From Alphaproteobacteria bacterium (GTDB lineage Bacteria > Pseudomonadota > Alphaproteobacteria > UBA828), in the NCBI GenBank assembly GCA_965237415.1, contig CBDEFM010000002.1:1056001-1120000 (forward strand): a stretch of DNA of 64,000 nt, written 5' to 3'. A program made the position numbers and the translations under genes. The notes under the pieces were generated by a model that was not told the DNA's origin, made no database searches, and worked only from the letters and a program-made list of their open reading frames with translations. Shown in pieces: positions 46,446-56,332 of this stretch. Position 1 is the stretch's first letter. Every line of letters begins with the position of its first letter.

Positions 46446-47849
46446 ATGAGGGCGAATTTCACTCAGTACGACAACGACGACCTTCGGCAGAAGGACCGCG
46501 ATCACAACATCCACCCCTGGACGGACTTCGCGACCTTCAAGGAGGAAGGCTCCGAAGTCATGGCCGAAGCCGAGGGCGTCTATGTCTATAACGCCAAAGG
46601 CGAGCGCTACATGGACGGCATCGGCGGACTGTGGTGCGTCAACATTGGCTATGGCCGGGACGAGATGGCCCAGGCGATCGCCGATCAGGTGCGCCGCATC
46701 CCCTACTATTCGACCTTCACGCACCTGACCACGCCGCCGGCGGCGGAGCTTGCGGCTAAGCTCGCCGAAATCGCGCCGGCCTCGATCAATCATGTGTTTT
46801 ATGGAACCGGCGGGTCGATGGCGAACGACACCGCCATCCGCGTCATCCATTTCTATTTCAACCGCCTCGGCAAGCCGAACAAGAAGAAGATCATCTCGCG
46901 CATCGACGCCTACCACGGCTCGACCTATCTCGCGATGACCATGACCGGGGTGAAGGCCAACCATGTCGGCTTCGACCTCGCGCCCGATCTGGTGCATCAC
47001 ATCCCGGCACCCCACACCTATCGGCGCCCTGAGGGCATGAGTGTCGAGGAGTTCTGCGACGAGAAGGTCGCCGATCTCGAGAACAAGATTCTCGAGCTCG
47101 GGCCGGAGAACGTCGCCTGCTTCATCGCCGAGCCGATCATGGGCGGCGGCGGGGTGATCGTGCCCCCGCCCGGCTACCACGCCCGCACCAAGGCGGTGTG
47201 CGAGAAGTACGAGGTGCTCTACATCTCCGACGAGGTGGTGACCGGCTTCGGGCGCCTCGGGCACTTCTTCGCGTCCGAACCGGTGTTCAATTTCACCCCC
47301 GACATCATCACCTCGGCCAAGGGGCTCACTTCCGGCTATATCCCGCACTCGGCGACGCTCTTCTCCGATGCGATCTACGAAGTGATCAGCGTGCCCCAGT
47401 CCGAAGGTGCGCTCTTCACCCACGGCTTCACCTATGCGGGGCACCCGGTCTCCTGCGCCGCCGGCCTCAAAAACATCGAGATCATGGAGCGCGAGGACCT
47501 GTGCGGCCACGTGCGCGAGGTCGGCCCCTACTTCGAGGAGCGGCTCAACGAGCTGCTGACATTGCCGCTGATCGGCGACGTGCGGGGCAACAAGTTCATG
47601 ATGTGCGTCGAGGCGGTGAAGGATAAGGAGACCAGGGAGATCTTCGAGCCGGATGCCAAGATCGGCTCGCGGATCACGCGCCATTGCCAGAGTCGAGGCC
47701 TTCTGGTCCGCCCGCTCGGGCACATGAACGTGCTCTCGCCGCCCCTAACGCTCACCCGCAATCAGATCGACACGCTCGTCGAGACGCTGCGGGAAAGCAT
47801 TATCGCCACCCAGAACGACCTCGTCCGCGAGAACATGTGGGCCGGCTGA
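46446..47849 (+). CDS. Class III PLP aminotransferase (omega-amino acid/polyamine type)
   Basis: DGIGGLWCVNIGYG, AYHG, DEVVTGFGR, SAKGLTSGY, HGFTY.GHP. Confidence 0.94.
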   Translation: MRANFTQYDNDDLRQKDRDHNIHPWTDFATFKEEGSEVMAEAEGVYVYNAKGERYMDGIGGLWCVNIGYGRDEMAQAIADQVRRIPYYSTFTHLTTPPAAELAAKLAEIAPASINHVFYGTGGSMANDTAIRVIHFYFNRLGKPNKKKIISRIDAYHGSTYLAMTMTGVKANHVGFDLAPDLVHHIPAPHTYRRPEGMSVEEFCDEKVADLENKILELGPENVACFIAEPIMGGGGVIVPPPGYHARTKAVCEKYEVLYISDEVVTGFGRLGHFFASEPVFNFTPDIITSAKGLTSGYIPHSATLFSDAIYEVISVPQSEGALFTHGFTYAGHPVSCAAGLKNIEIMEREDLCGHVREVGPYFEERLNELLTLPLIGDVRGNKFMMCVEAVKDKETREIFEPDAKIGSRITRHCQSRGLLVRPLGHMNVLSPPLTLTRNQIDTLVETLRESIIATQNDLVRENMWAG

Positions 47850-47929
47850 GACGGGGCGCGAAGACTGGCCGGCGGGCGGCGGGTCGCAAGACCGTCGCCG
47901 CCCACGCGGCCGGAGAAGGAGACAGGGAC

Positions 47930-48595
47930 GTGGCACTACCGGTCGCACCGCAGCTGATCGTCAACAGCCGCATGCTCTACTTCTGCTGGGTGCCCGAAGA
48001 CCCGGTAGCGGCGGCGGCCCTGCTGCCGGACGGCCTCACGCCGGCCGAGAACCAGGCGATCTTCATCAACCAGTATGTCGTGGACAGCGACGAGCAGACC
48101 TCGCATTTCGGCGCCTATTCGCTCACCTACGCCGGCCTCGATCTCGCCGGCCTCGACCTCGAGGACGGGACACCCGGCCGCTGGTGGACCCACTATCTCA
48201 ACTCGAACCCGGTGATGCGCGACTATGCCGCGATGCGGGGCGTGCCAGCAGCGCCCGGCCGCACGACGCTCGATCTCGACGGAGATCAATTGACCGCCAC
48301 CACCTATGCGGGCGATCGGGCGATCATCCGCAGCAGGGTGCGGGTCGGCTCCGGTATCGCCGAGACCGCGCGCGGTCACCTGCGTTACATCACCGCCGTC
48401 GATGGCCGCCTGATGAGTGGAAACTACGCCTATGTGGGCGAGATCGCCGACGGCTTCGAGCTTCTCTCGCTCGAATTCCTCGCACCGGACCACTCCTGCC
48501 ACGCGCTGCGCCCGGCGTCGCCGCTGGAGGTCACCTTCGGCTTTTACGCGCCGCGTTCCTCGTTCTGCTATCCGGGCGGCGAAGGGCCGCTCTAG
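47930..48595 (+). CDS. Acetoacetate-decarboxylase-like fold protein (tentative)
   Basis: D......LLP.GL.P, FGAYS..Y, G-x-P at the position of the ADC active-site motif; AAGGAG RBS; GTG start. Confidence 0.6.
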   Translation: MALPVAPQLIVNSRMLYFCWVPEDPVAAAALLPDGLTPAENQAIFINQYVVDSDEQTSHFGAYSLTYAGLDLAGLDLEDGTPGRWWTHYLNSNPVMRDYAAMRGVPAAPGRTTLDLDGDQLTATTYAGDRAIIRSRVRVGSGIAETARGHLRYITAVDGRLMSGNYAYVGEIADGFELLSLEFLAPDHSCHALRPASPLEVTFGFYAPRSSFCYPGGEGPL

Positions 48596-48622
48596 CCAGA
48601 CCGCCCGCCCGGCGCGGCGGCC

Positions 48623-49471
48623 TCACTCGGGCGAATAGCCGGGGCAGATCACGTATTTCGGCTCGGTGCAGCCGCCGGTGAGTTCGCGCTGACGCTCCTG
48701 ATAGTTCCACGCACGAACCGCCGTGTAGTGATCGACGGCATGCTCGATCAGGAAGTCGACCGGATCGATCACCTCCTCGCGGCGCACCAACCCCTCGCCA
48801 AGGCTGAGCAACCCGCGCGGAGTCGGGTCGAGCAGATAAGTGCGCAGATCGAGCAGGCCATCGACACCGAAGCCCACGGCATCGCGCGCCGTCGTCGGGC
48901 CGAAGAATGGCAGCACGAGATAAGGGCCTTCGTCGATCCCGTAATGGTGGAGCGTCTGGCCGAAGTCCGCATCGTCGGCCGGGAGCCCCACATCGGTTGC
49001 GACGTCGAAGAGCCCCGCCGCGCCGGCGGTGCTGTTGACCAGGAAGCGACCGAGGCTCGTGCCGGCGCGGCGCCCGTCGAGCTGCAGCAGATGGTTCGCG
49101 GCGACTACCGGCTCCGCCAGATTGGTGTAAGCGCGGCTGATCGCATGGCGCGCGTCGGTCGGCATCATGCCGCGATAGAACCGCGCGAGCGGCTCGAAGA
49201 GGAGAACGTCGAACGCGCCGTTCATGTAGAAGAAGACGCGGTTCATATACTCCAGGGGATCGTCATAGCCATCCTCGCCGCCCTCGCGCGGTAGTACCGG
49301 CCAATCGGCGCCACGACTCTCCACCGGCTCGGCCCCGGCGATCGGGAGCGCGGCTTCCTCCGGCGTCATGCGCTCGCCGCAGCCGTGGATCAACGGAAGC
49401 GCCAAGAGCACCGCCAGCAGCAGGCCGACAAGCCGGCGTGATCTCAATTGGCTAGGCGGCGACAGGATCAT
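48623..49471 (-). CDS. mlaA: VacJ/MlaA family lipoprotein
   Basis: Lipobox-like IHGC, DPLE..NR, RF.VNST.G..GLFDVA, DFGQTL, YLVLPFFGPT. Confidence 0.9.
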   Translation of the reverse strand: MILSPPSQLRSRRLVGLLLAVLLALPLIHGCGERMTPEEAALPIAGAEPVESRGADWPVLPREGGEDGYDDPLEYMNRVFFYMNGAFDVLLFEPLARFYRGMMPTDARHAISRAYTNLAEPVVAANHLLQLDGRRAGTSLGRFLVNSTAGAAGLFDVATDVGLPADDADFGQTLHHYGIDEGPYLVLPFFGPTTARDAVGFGVDGLLDLRTYLLDPTPRGLLSLGEGLVRREEVIDPVDFLIEHAVDHYTAVRAWNYQERQRELTGGCTEPKYVICPGYSPE

Positions 49472-50465
49472 CGCCCCGGCTCAGGACTTCACGGAAGATG
49501 CCGGGATCGACGTTGCCGCCCGAGAGCACGGCGACCACGGTACGCCCGGCGGTGGCGATCTTGCCGGCAAGGACCGCGGCAAGCGCCACCGCGCCCCCCG
49601 GCTCGACCACGAGTTTGAGATGTAGGAACGCCGCCCGCATGGCCGCGCGGACTTCGTCGTCGCTTGCGACGACGCCGCTCTGCACCCGCTCCACATTGAT
49701 CGGGAAGGTGAGCGCACCGGGCATCGGTGCGAAGAGTGCGTCGCAGAGGCTCTCGGGTCCGGGGCCGGGCAGGCCGACGCGGGAGCCTCGTTCCAGCGAC
49801 ATGGCGTGGTCGTCGTAGCCCTGCGGTTCGGCCGTGTGAAGCTGAGTCTCCGGCCAGGCATCGGCAATGGCGAGCGAGGTGCCGGCCATCAGCCCGCCGC
49901 CGCCGGCGGGTACGACCACGGCATCGGGCCGGCAGCCAAGTGCGCTGCACTGCCTGACGATTTCGTGCCCTACCGTCCCCTGTCCTGCGATGACGTGGAA
50001 ATCGTCATAAGGCTTGACCAGCACGGCGCCGCGCTCCGCCGCGATGTGCTGGCCGAGCGCCTCGCGCGCCTCGCTGGCGCGGTCGTAGAGCACGACCTCC
50101 GCCCCGTGGCGGCGGGTGCCCTCAATCTTAACTGCCGGCGCGTCCCTCGGCATGACGATGACCGCGGGCACGCCGACGAGCTTGGCCGCAGCCGCGACGG
50201 CCTGAGCATGGTTGCCGGAGGAGTAGGCCACCACGCCGCCGGCCTTTGCGCCCGCGTCGAGCTGCAACAGCCGGTTGCAGGCGCCCCGAAACTTGAACGA
50301 GCCGGTGCGCTGGAGAGGCTCCGCCTTGAGCAACAGGCGCCCGCCGATCTGCTCATCGAGCGCATCGGCCCGTAGCAGAGGCGTGTCCACCGCGTGTCCG
50401 GCGAGGCGCTCCGCGGCCGCGTACACATCGGCCGGTGTGGGCAGCGGGTTCTGCCTGTCGCTCAT
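49452..50465 (-). CDS. PLP-dependent threonine/serine dehydratase (short type)
   Basis: KAE.LQRTGSFKFRGA, SSGNHAQ, GGGG, LSGGN. Confidence 0.93.
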   Translation of the reverse strand: MSDRQNPLPTPADVYAAAERLAGHAVDTPLLRADALDEQIGGRLLLKAEPLQRTGSFKFRGACNRLLQLDAGAKAGGVVAYSSGNHAQAVAAAAKLVGVPAVIVMPRDAPAVKIEGTRRHGAEVVLYDRASEAREALGQHIAAERGAVLVKPYDDFHVIAGQGTVGHEIVRQCSALGCRPDAVVVPAGGGGLMAGTSLAIADAWPETQLHTAEPQGYDDHAMSLERGSRVGLPGPGPESLCDALFAPMPGALTFPINVERVQSGVVASDDEVRAAMRAAFLHLKLVVEPGGAVALAAVLAGKIATAGRTVVAVLSGGNVDPGIFREVLSRGDDPVAA

Positions 50466-52687
50466 GAGTGCCGCCGGCGGCGCCACCCTGCGCGGCGGGT
50501 CTCGCCACGGTCGGGTCGGTCGGCGGGAGCGACGCCGTCGCCTTCCGAAAACCGACAGGGCGCAGTCAAGCCAACGTGGTCCTGCCCTGCGGCGTCATCG
50601 CCTGCCCCGCAATAGAGCGCCACGGTGCGCTGAGACATGCCGCGCGCAAGATCGCTTTCGAGGCTGGACGCCGTCGGCCGCCGGCCGAGCTGCCAGCGGT
50701 AGACCTGGGTTCCTTCGAGAACCCGCTGAACATAGTTTCGAGTCTCCGGGATCGGGATCATTTCGATCCAATCGATAATGTCCACGTCCGGGTCGCGCCG
50801 GGGGTCGCCGCTGGCCGCGATCCAGCGGGCGACGTTACGCGGCCCGCCATTATAGGCGGCGACGGCCAGCAGGTACGAACCGTCGTAGCGCTCGATCAGG
50901 TCGTCCAGATAGCGGCTGCCGAGGGCGATGTTGTGGGCGGCGTTGGACGTGAGCCGCTTGCTTGACTCGCTCAGGCCCAAGCGGCGGGCGACGCTCCGCG
51001 CAGTCGGTGGCATGAGCTGCATCAGGCCGAGAGCGCCGGAACCGCTCCGCGCTCTGCGGTCGAAGCGGCTCTCCTGGCGGATCAGCGCGAGCACCAACGC
51101 ATGTTCGAGGTCGTCGTCGTCTCTCGCAAACGGCACGTTGACCAGCGGGAACAGCCGGTCGATCGAGACGTAACCGTCCCGCGCGGCATGCTGGGCGGCC
51201 CGGATCGATTGGTCCGGCTGGTCGACGGAGAGCGCGAGCGCCGAAATCAGGGCGTGGTCCGCCTCGTTGCGCGCCAGCGCGCTCAAGCGGTCGTAGAAGG
51301 GCTCGGCGAGATAGTCGCGGCCGAGGAATGTCAGGAAGCGCACGGCAGCGACCAGAGGATGGCCGTCGAGCGTCGCGCCGGCCGCGGTGTCGGGCGCGGC
51401 GCGGATCAACGGTGCATCCCGCGCCGCGATTCGGGCGATGGCGAGCTGGCCGTAAAAGGTGGCCGGATAGATCGCCGCCTTCTCGTACCAGAGCGCCGCG
51501 CTATCCAAGTCGTCGAACGCCTCGGCTGCCCGGCCCGCCCAATATGCGGCCCGCGCCCGGCTTATCGGCATCGTTACCGCGCCGTGCATTTGCACGAAAT
51601 GAGGAAGCGCGGCGCGCGCGTCGTCGAGGAAGCGAAGCGCGAGCCAACCGGCGAGCCACTCCGCCTCCGAGTAGGTTGAGGCAGCCGTCTGACTGTGACC
51701 GGCGGCGAGCGCATAGGCCCGCTCGGTCAGCCCGTCTTCGAGGGCGCGGCGCGCCAGAATGGCGCGTTCCCGCCACCAGAGCTTGGGCTGAGGGCCGAGA
51801 TCCCGCGGCCGCGTTCGCAGGAGCGCGCGGGCGTCGTCGTCGCGGCCCTTCGCGCGCCGCCAGCGCAACCGCTCGTAGACAAGCCCCGGATGATCGCGCA
51901 GCTCCGCCGGCACCCGCTCGATCGCCCGATCCACGCCGCCCTGGCGCGCGCGGAGCATGAGCCGCGCCTCCGCCAGCCGCTGATGCCCCTCGTCGACATA
52001 GCGGTACATGCGCTGTGCCGCGCGAGTATGATTGGCCCACACAAGGCGATCCAGCCGGGCGACGTGATCTTCGGGCCGCAGCATCGAGCGATAGCGGCGA
52101 TGGGTCTCGCGAAGCTCCCGCGAAGTGAACGACCCCTCCACCCACGCTGTTCGAATCAGGGCTGCTGCGCGTTCCTCCTCGTCCCTGGCGAGCAAAGCAT
52201 CGGCGTAGCGCAGGTGACCGTGGCTGCTGATGGGATCGCGCCAATGATACCAGGCGATGACGTCGGCATCGGAGACTCCTCTAGCCATCGCCTCTTCGGC
52301 ATTGATTTGGAGCAGTCTCTGGTCCGGCCAGTCCGGATGCTCGTCCATGAACCGCGCGATCTCGGCGAACGAGGCGGTGCTGCCGGGGCGGCTATAGTCC
52401 CACCAGCGAAGGATCGTGGCGCCGAGCGGGTCGCTGGCCCTCCGGGCGAGGCGATGGGCATGGCGCCAATTGTCGCGCACCGCGGCCCTGAACGCGTCCG
52501 TATAGAGGGCGATATCGGCCCGCGCCACGGGGGGCGGCATCGGTGGATCCGTCGCCGCTCGTGTAGTCACGCCGGAGACCGCCGGAACAAGTACCACGGC
52601 CGCCAAGAGAAGCATTCGCCGCGCCCACCGCGCCGCCTGCGGTGCGCAGCTGAGAAAGGTGGGCTCCCGACGCGGCCTTGTTCCCAT
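50462..52687 (-). CDS. Soluble lytic murein transglycosylase (Slt-like)
   Basis: [26 protein letters not shown]; helical N-terminal region; exact start uncertain. Confidence 0.92.
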   Translation of the reverse strand: MGTRPRREPTFLSCAPQAARWARRMLLLAAVVLVPAVSGVTTRAATDPPMPPPVARADIALYTDAFRAAVRDNWRHAHRLARRASDPLGATILRWWDYSRPGSTASFAEIARFMDEHPDWPDQRLLQINAEEAMARGVSDADVIAWYHWRDPISSHGHLRYADALLARDEEERAAALIRTAWVEGSFTSRELRETHRRYRSMLRPEDHVARLDRLVWANHTRAAQRMYRYVDEGHQRLAEARLMLRARQGGVDRAIERVPAELRDHPGLVYERLRWRRAKGRDDDARALLRTRPRDLGPQPKLWWRERAILARRALEDGLTERAYALAAGHSQTAASTYSEAEWLAGWLALRFLDDARAALPHFVQMHGAVTMPISRARAAYWAGRAAEAFDDLDSAALWYEKAAIYPATFYGQLAIARIAARDAPLIRAAPDTAAGATLDGHPLVAAVRFLTFLGRDYLAEPFYDRLSALARNEADHALISALALSVDQPDQSIRAAQHAARDGYVSIDRLFPLVNVPFARDDDDLEHALVLALIRQESRFDRRARSGSGALGLMQLMPPTARSVARRLGLSESSKRLTSNAAHNIALGSRYLDDLIERYDGSYLLAVAAYNGGPRNVARWIAASGDPRRDPDVDIIDWIEMIPIPETRNYVQRVLEGTQVYRWQLGRRPTASSLESDLARGMSQRTVALYCGAGDDAAGQDHVGLTAPCRFSEGDGVAPADRPDRGETRRAGWRRRRHS

Positions 52688-52741
52688 TATGCTCTCAACC
52701 TATTCTCGCCCGAACGGCAACGGACATCATGGGAGCGTGGC

Positions 52742-53617
52742 ATGTTCGAGGGATATCTGACGGCCCTGATCACGCCGTTCCGCAATGGCGAGGTGGATGA
52801 AGACGCGTACCGTGATTTCGTCGCCTGGCAAATCGATGAGGGTGCCGCCGGGCTGGTGCCCTGCGGAACCACGGGTGAATCGCCGACCCTCAGCCACGGC
52901 GAGCACCACCGCGTGACCGAGATCTGCATCGAGGTCGCGGCAGGGCGGGTTCCGGTCGTTGCCGGGACGGGCTCGAACTCGACCGAGGAGGCGATCAGCC
53001 TCACCCACCACGCCAAGGACGCCGGCGCAGACGGCGCGCTGCTGGTCATGCCCTATTACAACAAGCCGACGCAAGAGGGCATGTACGCCCACTACAAGGC
53101 CATCAACGACGCCGTGGACATTCCGCAGATCATCTACAACATCCCCGGGCGGAGCGTGGTGGACATGTCGGTCGAGACGATGGCGCGCCTCGCCGAGCTC
53201 CCCAACGTCGTGGGCGTCAAGGACGCGACCGCCGATCTGGGCCGGCCCACCCGCACCAGGGCTGCCATCGGCGAAGAATTCTGCCAGCTCTCGGGCGAAG
53301 ACGGCACGATTCTGGGCTTCCTCGCGCAGGGTGGCGACGGTTGCATCTCGGTGACGGCGAACGTGGCACCGCGCCAGTGCGCGGGTTTCTTCGCGGCGTG
53401 GGAGCGCGGCGATACCGAAGAGGCACTGGACCGGCACACCCAGCTCATGCCGCTTCACGACACGCTGTTTGTCGAGAGCAACCCGATCCCTGTCAAGTAT
53501 GCCGCGTCGCTCCTCGGCAAGTGCGAGCCGGAGATGAGGCTTCCGCTGACCTCCCCAAGCGCGGCCAATCGCGAGCGGATCGAAGCGGCAATGCGCCAGG
53601 TCGGCGTCCTCAACTGA
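52742..53617 (+). CDS. dapA: 4-hydroxy-tetrahydrodipicolinate synthase
   Basis: GTTGES, PYYNKP, YNIPGR, GVKDA, NPIPVK. Confidence 0.97.
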   Translation: MFEGYLTALITPFRNGEVDEDAYRDFVAWQIDEGAAGLVPCGTTGESPTLSHGEHHRVTEICIEVAAGRVPVVAGTGSNSTEEAISLTHHAKDAGADGALLVMPYYNKPTQEGMYAHYKAINDAVDIPQIIYNIPGRSVVDMSVETMARLAELPNVVGVKDATADLGRPTRTRAAIGEEFCQLSGEDGTILGFLAQGGDGCISVTANVAPRQCAGFFAAWERGDTEEALDRHTQLMPLHDTLFVESNPIPVKYAASLLGKCEPEMRLPLTSPSAANRERIEAAMRQVGVLN

Positions 53618-53657
53618 GCTTAGCTCTCGGGCAACACCTCAAGGCCAGGTCCGCGCC

Positions 53658-54131
53658 GTGAGCGGCAATGCCGCGCCCAGCGGCCAGCGCATTGCGCAGA
53701 ATCGCAAGGCGCGCCGAGACTACCGTCTCGAGCGCCCGTTCGAGGTCGGCATTCAACTGACCGGCACCGAGGTCAAGTCGCTGAGGGCGGGCCGCGCCAA
53801 TATCAACGACGCCTACGCCGTCGAACGCGGCGGCGAGATCTATCTGATTAACGCGCACATTTCCCAATACGACGGCGCCGGGGCCTTCAATCACGATCCG
53901 ATGCGGCCCCGCAAGCTGCTCCTGCACAAGCGCGAGATTCGCAAGCTGCTGGGAGCGCTTCATCGTGGCGGCGTGACCCTGGTACCGCTCACCCTCTATT
54001 TCAACGCGCGCGGGATCGCCAAGCTGGCGCTGGCGATGGCCTCCGGCAAACGCAAGTACGACAAGCGCGCCGCCGAGAAGGAACGCGACTGGAAACGCCA
54101 GAAGGAGCGTCTGATTCGCGATCGGGGATAG
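53658..54131 (+). CDS. smpB: SsrA-binding protein
   Basis: NRKAR, G.EVKSLR, RKLLLH, GK..YDKR. Confidence 0.97.
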   Translation: MSGNAAPSGQRIAQNRKARRDYRLERPFEVGIQLTGTEVKSLRAGRANINDAYAVERGGEIYLINAHISQYDGAGAFNHDPMRPRKLLLHKREIRKLLGALHRGGVTLVPLTLYFNARGIAKLALAMASGKRKYDKRAAEKERDWKRQKERLIRDRG

Positions 54132-54144
54132 TGCCCGATCGCCC

Positions 54145-54807
54145 TCAGGTACGCGCTTCGCCCAACGACGCCCGGATCGCGGCAAACACATCGGCAAACA
54201 TCGCAGGCGTCAGACGGCCCGTGTTCGTGTTGAGGCGCGAGCAGTGGTAGCTGTTGAATAGCCGCCGCCCGTCATCGAGGCGGTGGACCGCACCGTGGGC
54301 GAAGCGGCAAGCACCGGCGCGCAAGCCCAGCGCCTTCAGCACGGCGCCGTGAGCAACAAGGCCGAGCGCGAGAATGGCGCGAAGGCTGCTCATCGCCTCG
54401 ATTTCGGCCTCGAGAAACCCGCGACATGCCGCAATCTCGGGAGCCTTGGGCTGATTTTGCGGCGGCACGCAGCGGACGGCATTGGTGATGCGGCAGTCCT
54501 GAAGCGTGAGACCGTCGTCGGTCGTGGCGCCGTAGGTGCCGCGGGCGAAGCCGAACGCGCCGAGGGTAGCGTAGAGCAGGTCGCCGGCAAAATCGCCCGT
54601 GAACGGTCGGCCGGTGCGGTTGGCGCCGCGTAATCCGGGGGCGAGGCCGACGATCAGCAGCCGGGAGTCAATGCCGCCGAAGCTCGGTACCGGCGCGTTG
54701 TGCCAATGCGGCTCGGCCGCGCGGTGTTCCTTACGATACGCGACGAGCCGCGGACATCGGTCGCAGTCCCGATCCGGCGCAGGCGGAATCGGCACCGGCA
54801 TGCTCAC
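54145..54807 (-). CDS. Uracil-DNA glycosylase (family 5-like, Fe-S)
   Basis: CxxCPRL, GLAPG..GANRTGRPFTGD, YHCS. Confidence 0.92.
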   Translation of the reverse strand: MSMPVPIPPAPDRDCDRCPRLVAYRKEHRAAEPHWHNAPVPSFGGIDSRLLIVGLAPGLRGANRTGRPFTGDFAGDLLYATLGAFGFARGTYGATTDDGLTLQDCRITNAVRCVPPQNQPKAPEIAACRGFLEAEIEAMSSLRAILALGLVAHGAVLKALGLRAGACRFAHGAVHRLDDGRRLFNSYHCSRLNTNTGRLTPAMFADVFAAIRASLGEART

Positions 54808-55451
54808 ACTGTGTGCGCGATCTCATCGGCCGTGTCGTCCTCATCGCCGTCGCCGTCGAACGCCTCGTACTCGTCGTCCATCGGCTCCCTCAGGTTGCGG
54901 GCACGTTCGTTCCGCCACTTGGGCTCGCGCGCGATCAAGGGTTCGAGATCCTGAAGCTCGATGAAGTTGTCCGCCTGGCGGCGCAACTCGTCGGCGATCA
55001 TCGGCGGCTGCGAGCGGATTGTACTGACGACCGTTACCAGCACGCCCTTGCGTTGGACGGCTTCGGTCACGCGGCGGAAGTCGCCGTCGCCCGAGAACAG
55101 CACGATATGGTCGAGGGCGCCGGACAACTCCAACATGTCGACCGCGATTTCGATATCCATGTCGCCCTTGATCTTGCGACGCCCCATGGAATCGGTGAAC
55201 TCCTTGGTCGGCTTGGTGATCAAGGTGTAGCCGTTGTAGTCGAGCCAATCGACCAACGGCCGGATCGGCGAATATTCCTGATCTTCGACCAGCGCCGTGT
55301 AATAGAGAGCGCGGATGAGCCGGGCCTTGCCCGCGAACTCCTCCCGCAGGCGCTTATAGTCAATGTCGAAACCGAGCGAACGGGCAGCGGCGTAAAGGTT
55401 CGCGCCGTCGATGAAGAGGCCGATCCGCTCTTGCGGGTTGAATTCCATCAA
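54804..55451 (-). CDS. NYN-domain (LabA/DUF88) protein
   Basis: FIDGANL, KG.MD, SGDGDF, LRRQAD.F. Confidence 0.93.
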   Translation of the reverse strand: MMEFNPQERIGLFIDGANLYAAARSLGFDIDYKRLREEFAGKARLIRALYYTALVEDQEYSPIRPLVDWLDYNGYTLITKPTKEFTDSMGRRKIKGDMDIEIAVDMLELSGALDHIVLFSGDGDFRRVTEAVQRKGVLVTVVSTIRSQPPMIADELRRQADNFIELQDLEPLIAREPKWRNERARNLREPMDDEYEAFDGDGDEDDTADEIAHTV

Positions 55452-55611
55452 GGTCTATCCTTCTTGGTCTAGTGAGGCAGAATGCCGGTGAACACGCTGT
55501 CGCCTGTTGGCGAGCGGCCAAATCGCTCACGGGGTCGCGGCCGCGTGGCACGCACGTCATAACTAGGGATTCCCGGAGAGAGGGACAAGTGCAAGCACGC
55601 GGTTCGCGACG

Positions 55612-56139
55612 ATGATCCTGGTTGCACTGGGAGCGAACCTCCCGACCGCGCGCCACGGCACGCCGGCCGAGGGCCTGGACGCAGCGCTCGTTGCGCTGGC
55701 CGAGTGCGGTATCCGACCGGTGGCGCGATCGCGCTGGTATCGGAGCGCGCCGATGCCGCCGGCCACGGGTCCCTCGTTCGTCAACGGTGTAGTCCGGGTC
55801 GAAACGACGCTCGATCCCATTCCGCTCATGGAGCGCCTCCTCGAAGTCGAGGCGAACTTCGGGCGCCGGCGCAGTGTCGCGGGCGCGTCCCGCCCCCTCG
55901 ATCTCGACCTCCTGGACTATGACGGCCAAATCGTCCAGCACGTCGGCGACCGGAGCGGACCGGCCCTCGTCCTTCCTCACCCGCGACTCGCAGAGCGGGC
56001 CTTCGTGCTGGCTTCTCTTATTGAGGTGGCGCCCCGTTGGCGGCATCCCGTGACCGGCGCCAGCGCCACGTCGCTGCTCGCGGCAGTAGCGGAAAAGCAA
56101 GCCGTCGAGCCGCTCTCCCCTGCCCCTATCGACGAGTAG
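55612..56139 (+). CDS. folK: 2-amino-4-hydroxy-6-hydroxymethyldihydropteridine diphosphokinase
   Basis: ALGANL, F.NGV, R.LDLDLL, LPHPR...RAFVL. Confidence 0.95.
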   Translation: MILVALGANLPTARHGTPAEGLDAALVALAECGIRPVARSRWYRSAPMPPATGPSFVNGVVRVETTLDPIPLMERLLEVEANFGRRRSVAGASRPLDLDLLDYDGQIVQHVGDRSGPALVLPHPRLAERAFVLASLIEVAPRWRHPVTGASATSLLAAVAEKQAVEPLSPAPIDE

Positions 56140-56145
56140 CGGCGG

Positions 56146-56297
56146 CGTGCCGACGCGCGTGTTGATCATGTTCGATGGCGAGAGATAGTATGGGCCGGCC
56201 TCGCACAGCGGGACCTGAAGACGGAGCTTGCCCGGCGCTCGCCCATCGGCGACGGCGGTGGCAGCCCTGACGAGGACCCCGAATACGCGTCGGCACG
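56146..56297. other. Predicted structured intergenic element (ncRNA, leader or MITE)
   Basis: Perfect 12-bp closing stem cgtgccgacgcg/cgcgtcggcacg plus inner stem cgatggcgag/ctcgcccatcg. Confidence 0.4.
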
Positions 56298-56332
56298 ATG
56301 TTCGGCAACCGGCGCTACGGTCGAGGGATAGA

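Noticed and set aside
51695-52741. Apparent 640-aa DapA fusion (and similar long N-terminal extensions of choV, the family-3 SBP, PhyH and GST)
   Set aside because: The extensions overlap other real genes or promoters; RBS-supported downstream starts give normal-length proteins
53617-54145. tmRNA expected near smpB
   Set aside because: The intergenic gaps are too short and no tRNA-like ends are visible
54145-55451. NYN nuclease + uracil-DNA glycosylase as a defence pair
   Set aside because: Standard housekeeping neighbourhood (smpB-UDG-NYN-folK) with no sign of mobility
56190-56230. TCAGGTCC on the minus strand resembling SRP RNA
   Set aside because: The following GGAAGGAAGCAGC helix-8 motif is absent
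56265-56290. CTGACGA...GAA resembling a hammerhead ribozyme core
   Set aside because: No stem II between CUGANGA and a GAAA, and the remaining core is not arranged correctly
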